Assembly: GCA_012520235.1 (NCBI GenBank)
Contig: JAAYOR010000013.1
Location: 1 to 29,805, forward strand
Length of the DNA: 29,805 nt
Direction: 5' to 3'
Source: Fretibacterium sp.
GTDB taxonomy: Bacteria; Synergistota; Synergistia; Synergistales; Aminobacteriaceae
Position numbers and translations under genes: made by a program. Positions 16,184-24,561 of this stretch are shown here, piece by piece; the first letter of the stretch is position 1, and each line of letters starts with the position of its first letter. The notes beneath the pieces were generated by a model. That model was given only the letters and a program-made list of their open reading frames with translations. It searched no databases and had not been told where the DNA came from.

Positions 16184-17857
16184 TCAAGGCTTTACTTCCT
16201 TTACGTCCGCAGGTCGTACGGGCTTTGTCAGGGCTCGGAGGGTCCCGGGGTTCGTGTAGGTGACCAGCGCCACGGTGCCCGGGACGCTGCGGACGTAGCG
16301 CCGTTCGGTGTAGTCCACCTGAACGGAGAGCGAGTTTTTCCCCTTGGAGTGTGCTGCAGCCAGGGAGGCCGCAAACTCCAGGATGTCGGGGCGCTCGGCC
16401 AGGAGCCCCTCCCGCCCTCCTGCGCCGCGGATGATGACGTGGGCGCCGGGCAGCTCATGTGCGTGCAACCACAGATCGTCCGGTCCGGCTTGCTTCAGAG
16501 TGACGTAGCGGTTGCCGCGAGCCGAAAGGCCGACCAGAATCATGAACTCCCCGCAGTCGAACCTCAGGTGCGGTGGGAGTTCCTCCTTTTTTCGCTTAGG
16601 CCTCCTTTTTTTCCCTGCCCCGCTCCTCAGATGTTTTTTGCGTTCATCCAGCCAATCCTCCACGTCCCTGACGGCTTGTTCCAGGCTCTCCGGGTCATCA
16701 AGACTCTCCAGCAGATCCTTCTGTTCCTCCAGCTCCGTGATGGCGCTTTGCAGCTTCCGGATAGAGGCCTCCAGGGCCTCCGGGTCCACTTGGGCTTTGC
16801 GGTATTTCTTGAAGTAGCGGTCAGCATTGCGGGTGGGCGTGAGGTGTGGGTCCAGCGCTATCTCAAGGGTTTGGCCCTCCCAGTCGGTCAGGACGACCTG
16901 ATCCGCACGGGGCGGGACCTCCGCCTGCTTTGCAAGCAGCAGCTCCCCCTTGCGCCGGAAGACGTCCGCCATGGATGCGTTGCGGCGCTGCTTCAAGAGC
17001 CCGTCCAGGTGACGGCTCCGGGCCTTGATGGCCCGATCCAGGCGGGAGTGCGCCTCCTTGAGGAGTCGTGATCGGGAGCGCTCCATAAGAGGGGCCGTGA
17101 CACCGAAAGCTGCCGCCTCCAGCGGGTCCGGCCCCAGGACTTCGGTCTCGGGGAGCGGGATCGGGAAGAAGGTGAAGTACCGGCCCAGCCGTTGGCAGAG
17201 AGCGCCAGGTGCGGCGGGCTGAAGTGCGGCCAGCCACTCCTCAGGGGTCTGCGTTTCCCAATGCCTTTGGATGGCCCGTGCCAAGGGGCGTCCCACGCCG
17301 CGCAGGTTCAGGACATCCGTAAAAGAGAGGCCCTCCAGAGTCTCAGGGTCCGGCCCCTCAAAGACGGGCGGCGGAGCCCAGACGTAACCGGGCAAAAGCG
17401 TGCGACATCGGTTTTGGTCAGGAGAGCTGTGCCGGGCCAGCTCCTCAATCTTGCGGTCCTCGTCCAGCAGTATAAGGTTGGCCACCGGCTCCGTCGCTTC
17501 AAGGATGAGGAAATAGCTCACGCTCAGCCCAGCTGCGACGGCACGCCGCGCCTCAAACTCAAGGACTCGGTCGCGGTTGATTTGGCGGGCTGAGAGGAGC
17601 TGTCCTCTTAGGAGACGGCTCTTCAGCGCTTCGAAGAGAGGCGCGCGCTTTGTGGCGCTTTTTTTGAGGGCTGCGACTGTAATGTCGTCCGTCCGACAGC
17701 AGCCCGAGGTCCCGCCCCCCCATGAGAAGAACAGCCATTCTCGCGAACCGCGCAAGGCCACCCACGAGTCTCCTCCCTCCACCCGGGAGACTCGCCAGGG
17801 GAACAGTGGGTTCAGAGCAGCCGCAAGGCCGCGGATGTATTCGGGTCCGAAGGACAT
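16184..17857 (-). CDS. rqcH: RqcH/FbpA (NFACT family, Rqc2 homolog; ribosome quality control / fibronectin-binding protein A-like)
   Basis: 557-aa ORF with a coiled-coil middle region and a basic linker (GKKRRPKRKKEE). It has a C-terminal NFACT-R/DUF814 motif (FMILVGLSARGNRYVTLKQAGPDDLWLHAHELPGAHVII). An NFACT-N-like N-terminal domain is also present. Confidence 0.8.
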   Translation of the reverse strand: MSFGPEYIRGLAAALNPLFPWRVSRVEGGDSWVALRGSREWLFFSWGGGTSGCCRTDDITVAALKKSATKRAPLFEALKSRLLRGQLLSARQINRDRVLEFEARRAVAAGLSVSYFLILEATEPVANLILLDEDRKIEELARHSSPDQNRCRTLLPGYVWAPPPVFEGPDPETLEGLSFTDVLNLRGVGRPLARAIQRHWETQTPEEWLAALQPAAPGALCQRLGRYFTFFPIPLPETEVLGPDPLEAAAFGVTAPLMERSRSRLLKEAHSRLDRAIKARSRHLDGLLKQRRNASMADVFRRKGELLLAKQAEVPPRADQVVLTDWEGQTLEIALDPHLTPTRNADRYFKKYRKAQVDPEALEASIRKLQSAITELEEQKDLLESLDDPESLEQAVRDVEDWLDERKKHLRSGAGKKRRPKRKKEELPPHLRFDCGEFMILVGLSARGNRYVTLKQAGPDDLWLHAHELPGAHVIIRGAGGREGLLAERPDILEFAASLAAAHSKGKNSLSVQVDYTERRYVRSVPGTVALVTYTNPGTLRALTKPVRPADVKEVKP

Positions 17858-17935
17858 CGTGTAGAAAACTCCTTTCCGGTACCTTTGAGGGTATCCTGCG
17901 CCAGGGCTCCGGTATGACGGGATTCATCATCGCGG

Positions 17936-17982
17936 AAACAAAAAAGAGGCGGAGCGAGTTTTTTTCCACCTCGCCCTGCCTC
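17936..17982 (-). terminator. Rho-independent terminator of the 18175..19536(-) gene
   Basis: GAGGCGGAGCGAG-TTTTTTTCCAC-CTCGCCCTGCCTC imperfect hairpin. The preceding AAACAAAAAA at 17936-17945 gives a U-tract on the minus strand. Confidence 0.4.
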
Positions 17983-18174
17983 CATCGGGGGATCTCAGGC
18001 TCCGGCCTGTCCCTTGCCATTCCAGTGGTGCGCGTATGAAGGGCTTGGGTTCTGCACGGCAGGATAAGGAGAGACTTTTCCCGAGCCAGAGAGCACACTA
18101 CATAAGGTGAGGCAGTTTGAAGCTCGATGTCCTCTCGCCTCTACGTTCCCCTCCTCACATGGGAGGGTTCGCCT

Positions 18175-19536
18175 TCAGCGGAGTCTGAACTTTTCAAGCT
18201 CAAGTCCGGTGAACTGAGCCACTATCTTCAGGGCGCTCAGCTTTGAGGGTTTGATTGGACCCAAGGCGCTCCCAAGAGCAATGAAACCTGCCAGCCCTGA
18301 CAGGCCCCGGAAGGGGAACAGATACTGCATGGACTTCAGCTCCTCCCAGGGACATGGGCTTTCAAGCCCAAGCTGCTGAAGCACTGAGTCCAAATCGTTC
18401 GGGGAGAGATTGTAGAGTCCCGGCTCCACCTTCCCGTTCTGCTCCTGCCTGGAGAAGGGGGCGGACCGGCTCTCTATGGGAACGGCGATGCTGTCCCTGC
18501 GATGGAGCACAGGGGCAAAGGTCCCGGAGGGAACGTCCAGAGCGAACAAAATGCAGTCCTGCATCTGGCTGGTCTCAAGGAAGATGTCGGCGACGAGGGA
18601 GAAGAAGCGTGCTCGGTCCGTCTCCTTCCGGAGCGCGGACAGGACGTTGGAGAGGGAGAGCATGGAGAACTGCTCGGAGATGACTTCCGTCTCGACCTTC
18701 GTGCTCTGGAGCTTCAGCCTGTTGATGGAGATGGATCGGGCTGCCAGGCTTCCCAGGAGCTCCAGAAAGTTCAGTGTCTCGTTGTTGGGCGCTTCGTCCC
18801 ATTCGATAACGCAGAAAAGGCGCAGATCCGCCTCGACAAGCGGCAGAACCACCTCATAGGGCGTGGCGTCGGAGCGGGTGAGGACGGGGGTGTTAGTGAG
18901 GAGGGACTGAGCGTAAAGCCCGCTTCGAGCTGGGGCAGGTTGAGACCCTGTGAGGGGGATAAGGCGCTGTCCGTCGTCCCTGAAGAGACTGACGGATCGG
19001 GGGAAGAGGCTCTCGCGCAGGACGTCCGAGACGAAAGAGGCGAAATAGTCCAGGGGCATGGGCTCGAAGATGGAGGCCAGGGTGCTCTTGGTCGTCAGGA
19101 TCATGTAAGAGAGGCGCGCCAACCTCTTCTCCGTCTCCGCGATCCTCTGGAAGGTGTGCCACAGGCGCGCGAGCCCGGCATAGGGGCGCAGAGCTTCCAA
19201 TAGGGTTTTGTCGGCCTGCTCGCGCAGGAGGATATAAAGAGCCCAATGAGGGCCGCGCATCCGAACGCCCCAGGGCCAGTCTCCCTCAAGTGCGCCCTGA
19301 GTTACCTCCACCTCTCCCAAAGGAGGGGTGGCAGGAAAGGCTTGTTGAACGTGTGACGCCTCTTGGGATAGCAGTAATTTCTCCGGTTTTGCGCCTATGG
19401 CGTCCAGAATTTCAAGGTCTGCGCCGCGGGGCTCAACGATAAGGGCCGCAGAAACCCGCTGAGACAGAAAGTCTGTCAGAAGCTTCAGGGCGCCGCCGGA
19501 CAGGATGAAGTTCATCTGTTCGTAAAGATCATTCAC
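18175..19536 (-). CDS. Hypothetical protein, probably tandem GAF-like domains (no recognisable output domain)
   Basis: 453-aa ORF with balanced, plausible composition. The antisense ORF 18502..19203(+) is Gly/Glu/Asp low-complexity and rejected. Segments such as LSNVLSALRKETDRARFFSLVADIFLETSQMQDCILFALD have GAF-like character. No catalytic motifs were recognised. Confidence 0.55.
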   Translation of the reverse strand: MNDLYEQMNFILSGGALKLLTDFLSQRVSAALIVEPRGADLEILDAIGAKPEKLLLSQEASHVQQAFPATPPLGEVEVTQGALEGDWPWGVRMRGPHWALYILLREQADKTLLEALRPYAGLARLWHTFQRIAETEKRLARLSYMILTTKSTLASIFEPMPLDYFASFVSDVLRESLFPRSVSLFRDDGQRLIPLTGSQPAPARSGLYAQSLLTNTPVLTRSDATPYEVVLPLVEADLRLFCVIEWDEAPNNETLNFLELLGSLAARSISINRLKLQSTKVETEVISEQFSMLSLSNVLSALRKETDRARFFSLVADIFLETSQMQDCILFALDVPSGTFAPVLHRRDSIAVPIESRSAPFSRQEQNGKVEPGLYNLSPNDLDSVLQQLGLESPCPWEELKSMQYLFPFRGLSGLAGFIALGSALGPIKPSKLSALKIVAQFTGLELEKFRLR

Positions 19537-19770
19537 GGGTTACTCGCCTCCAGCTTTCAGATTTAATGTCCTTTAATTTTAACAAAAACTTGACAAAAAA
19601 CCCATCTCCCTGGGCCCTAAAACCCGACGTGAGGGATACTTCACTGATACAATACATGATAAAGTATTCCTTCCTCCCTGTCTACGGCTGAGCCATGGAG
19701 CTTTCAGCTTAAGCCCGGCGGCGTGTTTGGCCGCAGCAAATTTTATTTTTCAGTCAGGTGGTGTGCTTCT

Positions 19771-20982
19771 ATGATTGATGTGAGAGCGATGAGGAGAAAA
19801 ACGGGGGTCTGTGCCCACGGAATCCGTATGCCCGTCGTCCGGAAGGGTGACAAGCTGGCCTCCCTGGTCGCGGAGTATCTGGAGCTGGCGTCAAAGTCCT
19901 CCTACGAACCCTTCGAGCTTCGTGACCGAGACGTGGTGGGGGTGACGGAATCCCTGTTGGCTCGGGCTCAGGGCAACATTGTCACGCTGGATGAAATTGC
20001 GTTGGACGTGAGCCGCAAGTTGCCCGAGGGCGACGCGGCGGTCGCCTTCCCAATTCTGAGCCGCAACCGCTTTCTGCAGCTCCTGGACGGGATTGTGAGG
20101 GGCGTTCGAGGGAAAGTCCTTCTCTTTCTTTCCTGTCCTGGGGACGAGGTGGGCAACCATCTGGCGGACCCGGTGGAGTACCTGAAGAAGTCGGCCGAGC
20201 TGCCCCCCTGCTTTGGGGAAGCGGAGTATGACGCCATCCTGGGCCGTTTCCGACATCCCTTCACCGGGGTGGACTATGTGGAGCTCTACAAGAGCCTGAA
20301 CCCCGACAAGATAGAGTTGTACTTCACCAATAACCCCCTCTGTATCCTGGACCACGTTCAAAACGTCATCCTGGCGAACATCCATCAGCGTGGTCTCTAT
20401 GCCTCGTTGCTGAGGGAGCGTGGGGCAAAGGTACTGACGCTTGATCAGATCTGCACCGCCCCTCTGAGCGAGGGAGGCGGTTACAACGCCGAGTACGGTC
20501 TGCTGGGCTCCAACTACTCCAGGAGCGGAGCGGTAAAACTCTTTCCCAGGGATGCCCGCGAGTTCGCGTATGAGCTCCAGGCGGAGCTTCGGCGCGTCTC
20601 GGGTCGCGAGATGCAGACTCTGGTTTACGGGGACGGGGCCTTCAAGGACCCGGCCTGCGGCATCTGGGAGCTGGCGGACCCAGTGGTCTCTCCCGGCTAT
20701 ACGGAAGGGCTGGAGGGTACGCCCTCGGAGATCAAGCTGAAGATGGTGGCCGACAACGCACAGGACAACCCGGATGAGGCGGTGCGGGCCGCCATCCTGG
20801 CCAAGCCGGAGGCCACGAAAAAGGAGAGCGGCCTGAGCGAGCAGCAGAACGCCCTGGGCACGACCCCCCGGCGCTATTCTGACCTCCTGGGCTCCCTCTG
20901 TGACCTCGTCTCCGGCAGTGGGGACAAGGGGACCCCGGTGGTTCACATATCCGGCTACTTTGACTCCTTCATCGACGACTGA
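19771..20982 (+). CDS. CofE/FbiB-like F420-0:gamma-glutamyl ligase family protein with a large internal insertion
   Basis: GGTGGTG ribosome-binding site 8 nt upstream of ATG 19771 (MIDVRAM...). The N-terminal region aligns by eye to CofE (RMPVVRKGDKLASLV...RDRDVVGVTESLLARAQGNIV, compare ...GDDLAELI...DGDVLVVCSTVISKAEGR). The C-terminal region is NAEYGLLGSNYSRSGAVKLFPRDAREFA...GREMQTLVYGDGAFKD, compare NAGIDASN...LLPPDPDGSA...GKRVGVIITDTNGR. About 140 aa inserted between the two CofE blocks. It also has a ~110-aa C-terminal extension. Confidence 0.55.
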   Translation: MIDVRAMRRKTGVCAHGIRMPVVRKGDKLASLVAEYLELASKSSYEPFELRDRDVVGVTESLLARAQGNIVTLDEIALDVSRKLPEGDAAVAFPILSRNRFLQLLDGIVRGVRGKVLLFLSCPGDEVGNHLADPVEYLKKSAELPPCFGEAEYDAILGRFRHPFTGVDYVELYKSLNPDKIELYFTNNPLCILDHVQNVILANIHQRGLYASLLRERGAKVLTLDQICTAPLSEGGGYNAEYGLLGSNYSRSGAVKLFPRDAREFAYELQAELRRVSGREMQTLVYGDGAFKDPACGIWELADPVVSPGYTEGLEGTPSEIKLKMVADNAQDNPDEAVRAAILAKPEATKKESGLSEQQNALGTTPRRYSDLLGSLCDLVSGSGDKGTPVVHISGYFDSFIDD

Positions 20983-21035
20983 TGCTTTTTTATCATGCAA
21001 AAGATTATGCGAAAGCGAATGGGAGGATGAGGTTG

Positions 21036-22232
21036 ATGGACGGTAAAGGCAGGATAAGACGTATTGTCTGGATTCTTGTGGTCCTCCTCTGGGCGGTATC
21101 CGGTCCCCTTAACGGCAGGGCGGATGCGGAGGTGCGGGCCCGTGCGATTTTTGTGGGCGACGTGATGGCCCATAAGCAGCAGCTGGAGGCGGCCGAGCGC
21201 CGGCTCGAGGATGGGGAAAAAGTCTGGGATTTCAAGCCCCAGTTCCGGCGCGTCAAACCTCTCTTTGAAAGGGCGCTCGTCGTGGCTAACCTGGAGACGG
21301 TCTTTGCAGGGAGCGAGCGCGGCTATGCGGGCTACCCCTCCTTCAATACGCCCGACTCCCTGACGGAGGCCCTGAACGACCTTGGGGTGGGGGTTGTGAC
21401 CTTGGCCAACAATCACATCCTGGACCGTGGCGCCTCCGGAGCGCGCCGGACGACGGAGGTGCTGGACGGGGCCGGCATCGCCTGGACGGGGTTGGGGCTG
21501 GACGACATCCCCGCTAACTCGCCCCTTATCCTGGAGCATCAGGGCCTGAGGTGGGCGTTTGTCAGCTACAGCTATGGCAGCAACCGCGTCCTGGCCTCAA
21601 GCGACGTGCACCTCAACGTCATCTCCGAAGCGGCTGTAGCCAGCGGCCTGAAGAGAGCGGAGATGGCCAGTCCGGACCTGGTGGTGGCCTGTTTCCATTG
21701 GGGTGTTGAATACCAGCATACCCCCTCGCAGCATCAGAAACGCGCTGCGGAGACTGCCTTGAAGCATGGGGCAGACCTCGTCATTGGGACGCACCCTCAC
21801 GTACTCCAGCCGGTGGAGGTGCGGGACGCGGAGTCCGGCCGGGCGCGTCCGGTCGTCTGGTCACTCGGCAACTTCGTCTCGTTCCAGCGGACCCTGCCGC
21901 GCGAGCGGAGCGGGGTGTTGGCCGTGGACGTGGTGAAGCACCCCGGCATGGTGCGGGCGCGGGTGGAGCGCCTCTCGATAGCGCCCACGCGGGTCTCCGT
22001 CCTCGGAAGTGGGAAGAGCCGTAGGATCGAGGTGGTCTATGCGGGCCGCGGTGGCCCCTTCAACCATGAAGGGCTTCCGAGCGGCGAGCTTCGGATCGCT
22101 CGGAACGCAGGCGATGCGGTGCTTGGCTTTTTGGGAGCGGCGGCAGAGCCGGACGAGCGCGGTTTCTACACCCTCTGGAGCGCTCAGGAGCCCGGAGCTC
22201 TGCCCAAGCCCGTCCGTAAGGCGCCCAGGTAA
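21036..22232 (+). CDS. CapA/PgsA-family protein (poly-gamma-glutamate synthesis-associated metallophosphatase fold; PGA_cap)
   Basis: GGGAGG ribosome-binding site precedes ATG 21036. N-terminal signal or transmembrane segment (RIVWILVVLLWAVSGPLNG). CapA hallmarks are FVGDVM..., ANLETV..., VVTLANNHILDRG, WTGLG..., HWGVEYQHTPS and LVIGTHPHVLQP. Confidence 0.7.
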   Translation: MDGKGRIRRIVWILVVLLWAVSGPLNGRADAEVRARAIFVGDVMAHKQQLEAAERRLEDGEKVWDFKPQFRRVKPLFERALVVANLETVFAGSERGYAGYPSFNTPDSLTEALNDLGVGVVTLANNHILDRGASGARRTTEVLDGAGIAWTGLGLDDIPANSPLILEHQGLRWAFVSYSYGSNRVLASSDVHLNVISEAAVASGLKRAEMASPDLVVACFHWGVEYQHTPSQHQKRAAETALKHGADLVIGTHPHVLQPVEVRDAESGRARPVVWSLGNFVSFQRTLPRERSGVLAVDVVKHPGMVRARVERLSIAPTRVSVLGSGKSRRIEVVYAGRGGPFNHEGLPSGELRIARNAGDAVLGFLGAAAEPDERGFYTLWSAQEPGALPKPVRKAPR

Positions 22233-22240
22233 AGAAGTCC

Positions 22241-24163
22241 ATGAACCGCCCTTCATCCTCTCTCTTTCGATGTCTTCGCTTGTGGGGGCTCAGGTTTTTT
22301 GTGAGCCTTGCGGCTCTTGCGGGCCTACTGGTTCATCAGATAGCGCGCCCGGCAGAGGCTGCCCGTCTCGACTGGTACCTGTCTCCCCAGTGGGATCAGG
22401 CCATGAGCTTTTCGGAGGGGGTTGCAGCGGTCAGCTCCGGTGCCCGTTGGGGTTTTATCGAGCCGCGTGGACGTTGGACCGTCGGCCCGATGTTTGAGGA
22501 CGTCCGCCCTTTCCGAGAGGGCTATGCCCCAGCTGCCTCTGAGGGCCGCTGGGGCTTTGTGGACTGGAGGGGAAAATTTGTCCTTCCGCCGTGCTGTGAG
22601 CAGGTTGAGCCATTCAACCAGGGGTTGGCTGCCGTGAAGTCCGGTGATAAGTGGGGTTATTTTGACGTCAGGGGCCGTGCTGTGCTGCCGGCCAGTTTTG
22701 ACCTGGCGGGTGGCTTTTATCAGGGCCGTGCAGTGGTCTCGGTTGAGGGCAAGTACGGATACATCGACCGGTCCGGTCGACAGGTCGTCGGGCTCCTCTA
22801 CGATGAGGCCTGGCCGTTTGCCGATGAGCGCGCTGCCGTCCGCTTGAAAAGGTCGATGGGCTTCATCGACCTCTCGGGTGAGATCGCTATCCCCCTCCGG
22901 TGGGATGCCTTCTCCGTGGGGCAGCTTTTCTCCGAAGGGCTCGTCGCAGCCTCTTCCGGCGGACTCTGGGGGTTTATCGACACTGAGGGGCGCTGGGTTG
23001 TCCAGCCCTCCTACGAGGCGGCCGGCGTCTTCAGCGGCGGGCTTGCACCCGTCCGGCGCGGAGGGCGGTGGGGTTACATTTCACGCCGTGGTGAGCTGGT
23101 CATCCCCTTCACGTTCGAGGATGCCATGAATTTTTCGGAAGGCCTGGCGGCGGTCGCGTTCCAGGGGCGCTGGGGCTACATCGACCGCCGGGGCGTCTGG
23201 GCGGCGGACCCGGTTTTCCTGGAGGCCTGGCCCTTTTCGGACGGGCTGGGAAGGGTTCGGAGCGCTTCGGATGGCCGTTGGGGGTTCGTCGGCAGGAGGA
23301 CTCCGCCCCTCTTTGGCGGAGCTTCCTTTAAGGCTGCGGGCGACTTTACGGAAGGGACAGCTGTCGTCCTCTCCGGGGACCGCAAACATTTTATTGACGA
23401 GCAGGGACGCCCTCTCTTTCCCGGCTCCTTCAAAGACGCGGGTGGCTTTTCGGAGGGGCTTGCGGCGGTGCTCTCCGGCGACCTCTGGGGCTATGCGGAC
23501 AAGGAGGGGAGGCTGGTCATCGCCCCACGCTTCCAGGCCGCGGACTCCTTCAGCGGCGGGCTGGCAGCGGTGAAGTCCGGGGGTCGCTGGGGCTATGTGG
23601 ACAAGCAGGGGCATTGGTCCGTGAAAAACCTCTACGAGCGCGCCTGGCCCTTCAGCGGCGGGCTGGCCGCTGTGGTGCGCGGCAAAAAGCTGGGGTATGT
23701 GGACTCCAAAGGGGCCCTGAAGGTTGCCGCCCGCTTCAGCCTGCCCCCCAAAGGGGCTGAGGCCGGCGCCTTCTCGGAGGGGCTTGCGGCGGTCCTGGAT
23801 AAGGGTCGGACTGTCTTTATTGACGCTTCAGGTAAGGTCCTCGTGAGGGGCAAATTCCTGCCCTGGGAGGGAGAGGCGCCCCGTTTTCAGTGGGGCGTGG
23901 CCTGTGTGAGGGTTGCTGAGATGGGCTGGCGCTATATCAACCGGGAGGGCAGGATCATCGGAGCTCCGCCCCCCGGCATCACGGAACCGGCGGGGCGCTC
24001 CGATGAGTTGATCCCTTTTTTCTCAAGCCGGGCCTGGGGGTACAAAAAGGTGGATGGCACCGTCTGGCTGCCGGCCGTCTTCGATGCGGCGCGCCCGTTC
24101 CGAGAGGGGAAGGCCGCTGTCTCGTTGGGAGGGAACTGGTGGTATATCTCCGCCCCCCAGTAA
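22241..24163 (+). CDS. WG-repeat (KWGYID-type beta-propeller repeat) secreted/membrane-anchored protein
   Basis: N-terminal hydrophobic anchor or signal (LRFFVSLAALAGLLV). At least 15 tandem ~36-aa repeats with consensus (R/K)WG(Y/F)(I/V)D..G..V(I/V)P..(Y/F)..A..FSEGLAAV. It starts 9 nt after the CapA stop. Confidence 0.85.
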   Translation: MNRPSSSLFRCLRLWGLRFFVSLAALAGLLVHQIARPAEAARLDWYLSPQWDQAMSFSEGVAAVSSGARWGFIEPRGRWTVGPMFEDVRPFREGYAPAASEGRWGFVDWRGKFVLPPCCEQVEPFNQGLAAVKSGDKWGYFDVRGRAVLPASFDLAGGFYQGRAVVSVEGKYGYIDRSGRQVVGLLYDEAWPFADERAAVRLKRSMGFIDLSGEIAIPLRWDAFSVGQLFSEGLVAASSGGLWGFIDTEGRWVVQPSYEAAGVFSGGLAPVRRGGRWGYISRRGELVIPFTFEDAMNFSEGLAAVAFQGRWGYIDRRGVWAADPVFLEAWPFSDGLGRVRSASDGRWGFVGRRTPPLFGGASFKAAGDFTEGTAVVLSGDRKHFIDEQGRPLFPGSFKDAGGFSEGLAAVLSGDLWGYADKEGRLVIAPRFQAADSFSGGLAAVKSGGRWGYVDKQGHWSVKNLYERAWPFSGGLAAVVRGKKLGYVDSKGALKVAARFSLPPKGAEAGAFSEGLAAVLDKGRTVFIDASGKVLVRGKFLPWEGEAPRFQWGVACVRVAEMGWRYINREGRIIGAPPPGITEPAGRSDELIPFFSSRAWGYKKVDGTVWLPAVFDAARPFREGKAAVSLGGNWWYISAPQ

Positions 24164-24283
24164 GCAAGTGACCGAACCTAAAAGGCTATCCGCATAAGCA
24201 GGCGGCCGGCTACTTTGGAGCCGTTAGGCTCCGAATGCCGTGCCGTTCGCTTATGTCGAAGCGAAGCCCCCACGGCTTCGGCT

Positions 24284-24423
24284 TCGACGATGACGCAGAT
24301 GGACGCAGATTTTTTAAAAGACTTTTTTAAGAGGAGTCTTTAGTCTTTTTAGTCCTCTAGTTTTTTAATCAAAGGTTTTTAATTTTTTCCTTTTTCAATC
24401 TGTGAAATCTGCGCAATCTGCGG
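24284..24423. mobile_element. MITE-like element, copy 2
   Basis: Left end is CGACGATGACGCAGATGGACGCAGATTTTTT. Right end is CAATCTGTGAAATCTGCGCAATCTGCGG. The core (AAAAGACTTTTTTAAGAGGAGTCTTTAGTC...TTTTTAATCAAAGGTTTTTAATTTTTTCC) parallels copy 1 at 10751..10894. It is immediately preceded by a repeat 'B'-like segment at 24250-24290. Confidence 0.65.
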
Positions 24424-24443
24424 ATTATAATCTTTTTGTAGAC

Positions 24444-24478
24444 TTTTAAAAACCCCCGGCCAAGTAGACGGCCGGGGG
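24444..24478 (-). terminator. Rho-independent terminator of the PAS-protein gene (24562..25875, minus strand)
   Basis: CCCCCGGCC-AAGTAGAC-GGCCGGGGG, a perfect 9-bp GC stem at 24453-24478. The TTTTAAAAA before it gives a U-tract on the minus strand. Confidence 0.5.
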
Positions 24479-24561
24479 AAAATGATCGGAGAAAACGACT
24501 TGAAAGGAGCGACTCAGGGGCGGCGGCCCCGTTCGAGCCCCGGTCCCGTTCGAGCCCGGGC

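Noticed and set aside
17559-18098. 179-aa ORF (minus strand) spanning the RqcH start and upstream intergenic region
   Set aside because: It overlaps the 5' end of rqcH in another frame and the terminator hairpin. Its composition is Pro/Arg-rich and no ribosome-binding site is present.
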